A stretch of 64,000 nt of DNA from Lytechinus pictus (lineage: Eukaryota): NCBI RefSeq assembly GCF_037042905.1, contig NC_087246.1, positions 2,854,001-2,918,000 on the forward strand, read 5' to 3'. The notes under the pieces are model-generated. The model ran no database searches. It was given only the letters and a program-made list of their open reading frames with translations, and had not been told where the DNA came from. Numbering within the stretch: position 1 is the first letter of the stretch; every line of letters starts with the position of its first letter. This document shows positions 54,262 to 64,000 of the stretch, piece by piece. Position numbers and translations under genes: made by a program.

Positions 54262-56696
54262 GTTATTAATTTTTTAATAGGCCTACTTTATTATAAAATA
54301 TTGGGAAAATGATAACTACCGTAGTATTAACTTTGACATTCAAAATGCAGCTTTCATCGTTTAGACCCAGATCTAGGTTTGTGGATCACTTAAATTCAAG
54401 CAGTATAAACATATGGCCTATTTATACTACATAATCGTTTCAATTGAATATCAAATGGCACTAAAACACTTATATGATGCTATATCTGCATACTAGTCTA
54501 ACACTGAACATAAAATGAGTGAAAAAATGATTTTAACAGAAAATATTTTTATAGGTTAGAAGTTCCCATAGACCACTACTCCAACTGACCAGACATACAG
54601 TCCCAGTTAAATCAAATACACAATTTATTACGTTTATTTACACCTTATTCTTTCTATTCTTCTTTCATTTTACACTATTTATTTTGTGTTGGGCTATTCT
54701 GATGACTGGCCACATTGAATGCATTTGTTTATTTCAATGTTTTTAAATCTTTTCTATGTGAACACTGACTGAAATTAAGTATAACGTCGATTATTGCAAT
54801 CCACACAGTCAAGTCCTGGATCTTCTCGTATAGGCCTATACGTTCAAATCGCTGTACAGAGTTGCTATGATTGTCGTCTCAGGGGGATATGAGTCAATTT
54901 TGAAAAGACATTTCCAACATCTTTATACCTATCATATTTAAATGTCTGATTAAGAAACCTTCAAACACCCCCCCCCCCCAAAAAAAAAAGGGGGAACAAA
55001 CTCTAAGAAATGATGTTAAAATTCTGCAATAGCTATCTATTCAAAGTGTTATTTGAGGGCTCCAATTATAGGCTTTATCATCGAACCATTCAAATTTGAA
55101 GGAAAGGGGAGTGTCTCCTTTGCGTCGCTATTATCACCACAATAGAGGCTATACTGCTTGTTTAAGACGACTCGTAATATTAGATCCATATTGACCTTTA
55201 TACTCTCATGTAGGACCTTTAGGTCTAACTATTCTAAAAACGCAAAACTTTAAAGACAATCAGACCAATTAATGCTACACAGAGTGAACGCCAATTCAGA
55301 TCCACCCAATCGGCTGGCAAGAAAAAAAAGGAGAGAAAGAGAAAGGAAGAAAGAAAGTGGGGTTAAAGAAGAATTATTGTCGACCTATGTTATAATGATA
55401 ATAATAATGGATGTGTAATGCGCCAAATCCACTCGGCAGGGTGCCCGAGGCGCAGTGAAAGAAAGAAAAACACAGAGAGAAAAATACAAAGTATGTTATA
55501 ATATATGAAATTATATTACGTGTATTTTTATTTCAGAACTATTTATGAAACATAATTTGCTTAAATGTTAGTCCCTACTGGTGCTTGCGTTGTCTGTTTG
55601 ATGAGATAAATAATCCTGTTTAAGGAGATTAAATGGTTCTAAATCATCCCGTTTCCAAGTCCATAAATATACACCAAATATATTTCCTTGTATTCGGATT
55701 TTTCAAAATTATTGTATGTAGTGACATTGATTTTTTTTAATGACTACTACATTTGCCGCATTTAAGGTCTAAATATAAAACATTTCCAGTCCGTGCTTAC
55801 GTTGACATTAGTGCATTGGCCATACAGTGGCGTACCGTGTGTCACGGCATGGGGGGACCAGCAAAAAAAAATGAGTATACTAATAGAGGCATTTTAAGGG
55901 CAGTGCCATTAAACGGATATGTATATTACTGATAAAAAATAATGCGAGCGCCAAGCGCGAGCTGAAAATCTTTGATATTCAGACCTAAAAAGGGACACAA
56001 GCATTTTTTTGTAATTATGATACGTGCCCGTCTCGCTAAACAATGCAAAACTGCTGAAATGTTTGTATTTATTGACCCCAAACAGGGACATTTTAAGGAC
56101 AATAGGCCTATTCTAGGAATCCATATCCATGTACATATCTCAAAAGCTACGTTTCTCTTCCCTTCTCCCTCTTTTTCTCCTTTTCCCGTTTTTTAAATAT
56201 TTTTGCCAGCCGAGGGGGGGGGGGGTGCCCCCATGTCCCCCGTAGTCACTCCACTGATTGGTGAGATATGTCTACTCTTCATGACACGAGCGTAAATCCA
56301 GAGGGGGGTGGGGGTATGCATCCCCTCCCCCCACACTTTTCAACACAGAAAAAAAATATTCTTTAATTATCAAATGGTCAATAACTTTTAGTATGTGGAT
56401 TTATCTTTAAATGCAGTCAAGGTGCTTAAATTTGCCAAGTTTTTCCATTTTAAAGATGAAAAATTTCTCACTCGGCCGCTCTGCCCCGCGCTTAATCTAA
56501 TTTGGCCTTGACAATCACTACGTTTAGCTTATTGCAGAGGTTAATTTATATCCACTGCGTAATGGGAATATGTTTATAATAATTCAATTTTTTAATATAA
56601 GATTCCAATGACTTTTAAATATGATGATAACTATGGACCTTAAACGAATCAAACATCCTTTAAATATACACTTTCGTGAATATGGGGGAGGGGCTG

Positions 56697-57083
56697 TCAT
56701 AACTTGGAATCTCTGTGGAAGCGCAGGAATTTTTCACCAAAATATAGGCTCAGTCTTCTTCGTTTCTTCCGAAGAAATGGCGAAGCATAGCTGGTCACTT
56801 TCACTTTCCTCCCCAGGTAAACATTGATTCTACTAATTTTCTTTAATTTGGATTTATTTTCAATTACATTTGAATTGCTTTCAGATAATTTTGAAATTAT
56901 TCTGCAACATCTGTCGCAAATGAATTTTTTTGATTTTTGATCTGGTGTCACTTTAATTCCCAATGATTCGACAGCGTCAGCAGTGGTGTAATCACGGTGA
57001 TCCAATTTTGCATTCAAAGATCTTCTTTTATTAGGATGATTATTCAAATTACGGTCACAATTACAACACCAGTAGTCAGCCAT
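56697..57083 (-). pseudogene. Cys2-Cys2 zinc-finger ORF, probable N-terminus of the Academ transposase
   Basis: MADYWCCNC...FICDRCCR followed by a basic region. It sits at the opposite end of the element and reads inward. Confidence 0.55.
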
Positions 57084-57527
57084 AATTACTAAAATGAATT
57101 AATGAATCAAATAAAATTACCACCAGCAATCAGCACACCTAACGTTATACATGGCAATATACGAATAAAATAATACGATACGATACACTACACGAAGATA
57201 AACGATACTAGTTATAATCGCGATAAATCGAGACATGAAAAAGTTAATAACGATAATGACGTCATTCAAGATGGCAACTTGCAAGAAAACCCGTCAGGTC
57301 AGGTGAAAATGTCTTAGATGACAGATTTCTCAATCATCCAGAGGATTTTTTTCAATAACTCCGGCCCAAGGTATGCAATTAGCTTAAGTTATCTATATTA
57401 CACTGATAATGGAAACCATGAAAATGTCAATTTTGCCTAAAAAAAGTTTTAAATCGCGATCTATAAAACGCTAGTTCACTATACGTTGGCTGTAGGTAGG
57501 GGCCCCCTCCGCTTCAGTCTATGTATG

Positions 57528-57695
57528 GTGAGTGAGCCAACGCAGTTCAGCGGAACAACCAAAATACAGAGACTGAAGCTTTTGTGAGTGAGCCAACGCA
57601 GTTCAGCGGAACAACCAAAATACAGAGACTGAAGCTTTTGTGAGTGAGCCAACGCAGTTCAGCGGAACAACCAAAATACAGAGACTGAAGCTTTT
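57528..57695 (+). repeat. Three perfect 56-bp tandem copies of the transposon subterminal block
   Basis: GTGAGTGAGCCAACGCAGTTCAGCGGAACAACCAAAATACAGAGACTGAAGCTTTT at 57528, 57584 and 57640. Confidence 0.95.
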
Positions 57696-57996
57696 GGTCT
57701 AGGCCTAACATATGTAGGCCTAGGCCTACTCCTACTCGGTATTCTTGCCTTCGGTTCCAAATCTTCAGAGGTTTTTTCCCCAAATTTTTGTTGTGGATGA
57801 TAATTTTGGAATATATTCTGGGCAAAATCCAAGATTTTAGGGTTTGGCTTACCTCATGAGGCCGGAGAAACAAAAATTTGTGTAAAAATAAAATCATGAA
57901 ATCGTTCGGCCTAATTCATGTAATTCACGGCCAACAAAAGGAGAGGGCAGCAACACGATAGGCCTTGGATGACTGCAGAGTCTATTAATAACTCTG

Positions 57997-58648
57997 GGGC
58001 CAATTGCACGAGAGGGTCTTTCCGAGGACCGTCTTTCGTGTCGCCTATCTTTTATGATGCGCTATAAGCGGGGTGTTTCTGAAATTTATGATAAACAAAT
58101 AAAATTCGTAAGCGTGCTTTTAAATCAAATTTTATACAATTTTATGAGATATCACATCATTTTATAAACAAATATTTTGTTTATTTTAACGGACAAATAA
58201 AATATATTTGCAGATAATCTATTTGAAATGCGTTTCACATGGCGTATCATAAAAGATGGGCGACACGAAAGACGGTCCTTGGAAAGACCCTTTCGTGCAA
58301 TCGGCCCCTGGATGACTCGAGGGTACACGGTAAACCGGGGCCGATTGCACGAAAGGGTCTTTCCAAGGACCGTCTTTCGTGTCGCCCATCTTTTATGATG
58401 CGCTATAAGCGGGGTGTTTCTGAAATTTATGATAAACAAATAAAATTCGTAAGCTTGCTTTTAAATCAAATTTTATACAATTTCATGAGATATCACATCA
58501 TTTTATAAACAAATATTTTGTTTATTTTAACGGACAAATAAAATATATTTGCAGATAATTTATTTGAAATGCGTTTCACATGGCGTATCATAAAAGATGG
58601 GCGACACGAAAGACGGTCCTTGGAAAGACCCTTTCGTGCAATCGGCCC
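57997..58648. mobile_element. Two near-identical 311-bp Harbinger-type MITEs in tandem (57997-58307, 58338-58648)
   Basis: GGGCC..TTGCACGA...TCGTGCAATCGGCCC with ~65-bp TIRs; 3-bp flanks CTG/CTG and CCG/CTG. Confidence 0.85.
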
Positions 58649-58808
58649 CTGGTACCGTACGAGATGCCAATTTGTGGTTGTTCTGTAAGTCTCGCGCTCG
58701 GCCGGCCTAACGTTAGTCTGACTCTGAGTCTAGTCGGTCATCTTCTAACTTAATTATCTTCTGCTGGCGGACAGTGTTGACCTGGTACAGTAAGTGTATT
58801 TATTTGTT

Positions 58809-58958
58809 TAGACAGGAATAACCGTCGTTTCTGGGGATTTATTCAACAATTTCTGACATTTTACTGTAATCCCCATTTACCATGATTTATGTATGGTGAG
58901 TGGAGCCAACGTAGTTCAGCGGAACAACCAAAATACAGAGACTGAAGCTTTTGGTCTA
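58809..58958 (+). mobile_element. 150-bp AcademH-type mini-element
   Basis: The first ~69 bp are identical to the sequence from 53587 onward, and the last ~70 bp match the large element's right end. 9-bp TSD TTATTTGTT. Confidence 0.9.
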
Positions 58959-59082
58959 TTATTTGTTATGCTTTTATTCATCTGTAATTATTATCCAGGT
59001 TAATCATTTATTCTTTTAACTCAAAAAATTATTTCTAATACTAATAGGCCTAGGCCTACATGAAACTTTCATGTAGGCCTAA

Positions 59083-59604
59083 CCCAGAGAGCTCCCGGCC
59101 GCGCAGCGGGCGGGAGCCCAGAAGCTTACCGTGTATTTTACCATTGTCACCGGACTAGGGTGATTTATGGTCTAAATATTTCTCCAAATGAATTGTGAAA
59201 ACGGAAAGTATACAATTACCACGATTATATGGATGAAGGTCTAACGAGTGGCAGATTCCTGACATCTGGGCACAGTCTGGAACCTCAAAAAAACGAAAAG
59301 TTCTCTCCTTCTACCCAGTCTCGATCGGCCATTTTGTTACGATTTTTAACAAAAATGGCCGATCGAGACGGGGTAGAAGGAGAGAACTTTTCGTTTTTTT
59401 GAGGTTCCAGACTGTGCCCAGATGTCAGGAATCTGCCACTCGTTAGACCTTCATCCATATAATCGTGGTAATTGTATACTTTCTGTTTTCACAATTCATT
59501 TGGAGAAATATTTAGACCATAAATCACCCTAGTCCGGTGACAATGGTAAAATACACGGTAAGCTTCTGGGCTCCCGCCCGCTGCGCGGGCGGGAGCTCTC
59601 TGGG
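59083..59604. mobile_element. Near-perfect 520-bp palindrome (piggyBac-like foldback)
   Basis: CTAA|CCCAGAGAG...CTCTCTGGG|TTAA, centre at about 59343. Confidence 0.8.
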
Positions 59605-59678
59605 TTAATGTAGGCCTAGCCCTAGGCCTATTAGAAATAATTTTTTGAAAGTAATTTACCATAAAAAAAGTCCATAAT

Positions 59679-60088
59679 CAGTAGAGGCGCTGGTCAGAAA
59701 ATTGGGATCGTCCCAGTTTACAGGGACTGTCTCAGTTTATAAGGATTTCTTCACACAAGAAATCTAGGAAAGTTCATTCACCTGTCAAGTGCCGACACCA
59801 ATCAAGTGTGCTAGTCAATGTAAACATATCGGGTTTCATAACAAGATTATGGGAAGACAGTAAGTCATGAAAAATAGACGGTGAACTGGGGGGAATTGAG
59901 GTCACTGAATCTATTTTTAGCACTCTCAATTCCCGTAATTGCTGTCTTTGTCCCGTAGAGGGAAGTGAAAAAAAAACGTCCCCATAAACAAGGACAGTCT
60001 CAATTTATCAAGACATGATTTGTCTTGGTTTATGAGGATATCCTTGTTTTCTGGGACAATCCCAATTTTTGGACCAGCGCCTCTACTG
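59679..60088. mobile_element. MITE with CAGTAGAGGCGC TIRs and 5-bp TSD
   Basis: TSD ATAAT at 59674-59678 and 60089-60093. Confidence 0.85.
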
Positions 60089-60129
60089 ATAATCCTGATA
60101 ATAAATTTATGGTAAAAGTTAGGTGGTGG

Positions 60130-60767
60130 TATGGTTGGAACTACCCCTTATCGACCACCTAATCTTCTAAGCATCGTATCTGCGAAAATATTCATCAATT
60201 TTACCCAGTTTTCGTCTCATTTGTGCAGAAAATTGAGCAGATCAGATTCCCATGTTTCGCTCGGCGACTCCGATTCAATCCGCGTATATATCGACGATCA
60301 ACGAATGCGACGATTTTCCATTTGCTCATTTGCACCCGTCTTTTGAAACCGACCACCCGCGGTACACTAAGTTTACGGCCGATTCTTGTCGCGGTGGCGA
60401 AACATTTTTACTCTTTCAAATCAGTTCCATGACGTCAACATGCTAAATAAATGATCGCTTCACTACTTCCACTGCGAGCTCCGGCGCATGAATCGACGAT
60501 TGACGACGGATATTTGTTCTAAAGCCGTTTCCTATCGGATTTCTTGGTTTTTCAGCGGGTTTTGGGTTTGGTCAATACAATTTTGATTAATTCTACAAAA
60601 TTTTTACTTTTTGTTGCTTCTTTTTTTCTTGTAAATTCGATTCTTACCGTTTCTATGGACACTGCGCCTACTCTCTCGCGCGTATCGTTTGTAATACGCA
60701 ATAATTTTAACGCGCGCAAGGTGGTCGGTTTCAAAAGAGGTGGTCGATATGTGGTAGTCTCACCATA
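60130..60767. mobile_element. MITE with imperfect ~30-bp TIRs
   Basis: ATGGT..ACTACC..TATCGACCACCT and its inverse; internal GACCACC repeats. Confidence 0.6.
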
Positions 60768-61279
60768 TCAGGTATCGAAGCATTTGGCCAGGCATAGATA
60801 TGCAATAATCATGCAGACTTATTATAACCAAAGATACAAATTTATTCATCTTCATTGATGAAAAGTCTGAGAAAGGCTTAAAACTAAACAGTAAACTTGA
60901 TAGGACAATGATTATAGCTACATCCATCCGGTTTAGATGTCAATATTTAAATGATGTATAGGCCTAGGCCTAGTCACGTATTGACCGGACACATTATGAT
61001 TCCGGACGCGCATATTACTGCGTTCGAAAACAATTTCGTACCGTAAGACTTCCGCAATTCAATTTCACAGAGCAATACATAGAACAAGATTGCAAAAACA
61101 AGGCGAAAAATCCAACTTTTACCTTATTTATCTCTAAAATGACAGAAAATGCTTAAAATATCATATAACATAGTTTTACATTAACAATTGATATATTTTC
61201 TAACGGAAATATGGGCCTGATTTGCCGAATTTCAATCTCGTCCACTCCTTCGATCGAATGATGAGGTGTGGTGTATTGT

Positions 61280-61725
61280 CAGTAGAGGCGCACGGCCAAT
61301 ATGGGAGACTCTCTCCAATATGGGAGACAATCTCCCATGTTGGAGACTTGCTTTGCAAAAGGACAAAAGAAACAACACCAACAAAAGCATGATTTTTTCC
61401 ACCCAAAATTTTGTCTCACTGAGGTCAGAAGCCCATTGTTTTGTGTGTGAATGACAACAAAAATCCTTATCAAAACAAAAGTAGACGGTGAATTTTTAAA
61501 GTAGACGGTGAAAAGGGGTAATTTTTCATGAAGAATCTGCTTATCACAATTTTATTTGCCGCCAAGGTAATCCTTTTGCAGCAAATGTAAACAAAGGAAA
61601 TTGATCTCCCACACTGGAGACTGTCTCTGAAATTGGATACCCAAATTCTTTACAAAAGTCTCTGATACTGGAGATAATCTCCCACATGGGAGACAGTCTC
61701 CCATATTGGCCGTGCGCCTCTACTG
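61280..61725. mobile_element. MITE with CAGTAGAGGCGC TIRs and 5-bp TSD
   Basis: TSD ATTGT at 61275-61279 and 61726-61730; about 50-bp TIRs with GGAGA subrepeats. Confidence 0.85.
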
Positions 61726-62014
61726 ATTGTGGGTGACCGTCGACGGCTAGTTCTCAAGGTACCCGTGCGCGAGGTTTACTGTGAGTAGAGCCGTCGATCG
61801 GCAGCGCATCGATAGAACTTGACGAGCGTCACGATACGAACGCGAGCATATATTATTGGAAAGTGCCATGGAACATGCAGCTAACAAGAAAAAATAAAAT
61901 AAGTTATCAAACACTAATTTATTATCAACATCTGCTCAGATTCGATATAAAAAGCAAATAAAAACTTAGAATTTACTCATGATATGATATAAGAAGAAAA
62001 AAATCACACAAATT

Positions 62015-62294
62015 TGTTCTTACATCATTATAATCAAAGATATCTTTACCCGTCCGGCGCGCGTCCGGAATCATGATGTAATTTGTCGCGCACGAAAATA
62101 ATTGTTTTTCGTGGAGGGGTATGCGGCAACTGCGATGCAAAGAAAATGGTTGGTAAATATAAAATAATTTTATCATATTCAAAATTTTCACAATATTTGG
62201 AATAGCAAGTGTGATTTTTTCTTGATTGTATTTCCTCTAGTTGTCATTTTTAAAGCACTGAAATAAAGGTGTCCGGCAATAGGATACACTGCCA
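62015..62294 (-). repeat. Right arm of the inverted repeat pair
   Basis: ...GGTGTCCGGCAATAGGATACACTGCCA|TA. Confidence 0.85.
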
Positions 62295-64000
62295 TACATG
62301 TAGTTGCAGAAAACAATTATTTCACAAAAAGTCTTTAAATCAAGTTCATTGTCATTCTATTATCATAGATCTAGATGGTACAATAACTGACAACTCTTAT
62401 GGTTACTAACACAGAAAAGCATACATGGGACAGTGTAATAATGTTGCTTGGAAAAATACCTGACATATGATGGAATTTATTTGCTGATTTCTCAGCAATT
62501 ACACATATTCTTCAAGAGCCATTTGGCACATTTTTTTTCATGTATACAATATGCATAAAAACACTTGGGTAGTCGTTTAATTGGTCTTTGATCAAACTTA
62601 TTTGGTGATCGTTTATCACACAACTGGCAGATTCTCTTTAATGACAATATTAATGACCACTTGAAAAGGGTCATTAATGGACTAAACTCTTTGTTTTACC
62701 CCTTAGTCACAAAGTAAAAGAATACTGTACCATAGCCTGTGAAAAACATATTAATATTACAATTTTATGTTACTCACGTTGCACATCATTACTCATGTTA
62801 CAGGTTTGGGGCCTCATTTATTTTAAAACCATATCATGTATACAGCTACTACTTTTTGTTTCTTATCAAGTACAAGGAGTATGAAGAGAATTTCCTTTGG
62901 CAAATTTTGAATGGAAGGGAATAGTAAAAAAAATCAAACTTAAAAAAAAAAATTCTTGTTAAGCAGTCGGGTGGAATGCTTTTTACCCACTCATGGAATT
63001 GGAGGACATTTTTTTCTTTTTCGCAACTCAAAACTAATGCCCCATATATTCTAAAAATCAATTAAACATCTGCTAACCATTCTTTGATTATTTTTTAAAT
63101 TCAAGTGAAATCTTTAGGTGAATTTTTACTGTTTTTCTCAATAAAATTGCAAGTTGAGTTAAAGTTCATGGAATTGCCCTTATGTTTATGTCATCCCACC
63201 CCCAGCTCACATACAGTACACACCATGCTAGTAACATATTTCACTTCCATTTTTCAACCCTGGTCTCTTCAATCCTTCATGCATTCAGACATTTTATGGT
63301 GTCTATTTCCAGCATCCACCTAGTTCACCTCCCATCCACACTTAAGCCTTAATTTACACTCTTCTTGTTTCAATATTCACTAGACAATTCACAGGAGATT
63401 TTGAGATGTGAAAGAATTAAAATATAGATCTATCTTCAATATGAATGAGCCATGCATTGCAAAAAAGTGTAGGTCAGAATTTTTTTTTTTCCATTTGGCC
63501 ATTTTCAATGTGTAATTGTCTGTGTACAACATTCACCCAATCTGTCAACATATGATATCTTGTTTTGAAATTAGGGGCTATGATAGAGTATTAAATTTGA
63601 TATTAACCATTAAATTTGAGTCAGGTATTGCAAAAGTATTAGCAAAAATATAGATTTTAAGGTCAGCCTTTTAGTGCACTCAACTAATGACATGCAACCA
63701 GCTACATGTTGCCTATGAGTAAAAATAAGTAATTTGGACAAAGTGAAAGTGAATCCTACATCTTGGCATTCTCAATATGCTTGCTCCTTGTGCTGGTCAT
63801 GCAAGGCATGTTAGATGCTTGTCAAGTTCTCTGCAAAGCAAAGCAAAGGTCAACTGAAGATCTATGCATAAAAAGAGATGCAAAACTGGGGAATGGCGAG
63901 ATCATCTTCAGTGAATCTGACTTTATAAAAAAAAGAATGTCATTAACAAAGTTTGGATCTAATTTCCATCTAGATCTACTTGCAGGGCTTCCATAGAATG

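Larger units (their letters stand above)
53587..57701. mobile_element. AcademH-type DNA transposon, internally deleted
   Basis: TAGAC...GTCTA termini; perfect 9-bp TSD GGCCTAACA (53578-53586, 57702-57710); convergent RecQ-like and Cys-finger ORF remnants. Confidence 0.85.

Noticed and set aside
54094..54312. Host RecQ/WRN/BLM gene
   Set aside because: Only motifs 0 and I are present, inside a TSD-bounded element, with no further exons found.
57528..57695. CRISPR-like direct repeats
   Set aside because: The units are contiguous with no spacers, the context is eukaryotic, and they form a transposon end.
63763..63996. 77-aa ORF with a hydrophobic N-terminus
   Set aside because: It starts at TTG, has no recognisable homology or splice structure, and lies at the window edge.

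Overview
This is AT-rich, repeat-dense eukaryotic genomic DNA from an invertebrate animal. The repeat families resemble sea urchin or another echinoderm, but that is inference. Two intact spliced genes converge tail-to-tail: PLBD2 on + (11 coding exons, 18439-30375, 560 aa) and PSPH on - (5 coding exons, 47773-38794, 229 aa, requiring one GC-AG intron). Most of the rest is transposon-derived: a 5'-truncated Tx1/L1 LINE, a CR1/L2 LINE split by a probable solo LTR, and many MITEs of hAT, piggyBac, Kolobok, Tc1/mariner, Harbinger and EnSpm type, often nested. The main findings are: (1) a 4.1-kb AcademH-type transposon (TAG...CTA ends, 9-bp TSD) with convergent RecQ-helicase and Cys-finger ORF remnants, plus three short derivatives; (2) two copies of a Penelope-type minimal hammerhead ribozyme with an apparent U4C core change; (3) CLEAR-like E-boxes upstream of the lysosomal gene PLBD2; and (4) a 9.1-kb region bounded by about 310-bp inverted repeats. 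All coordinates were read by eye and no database searches were run.
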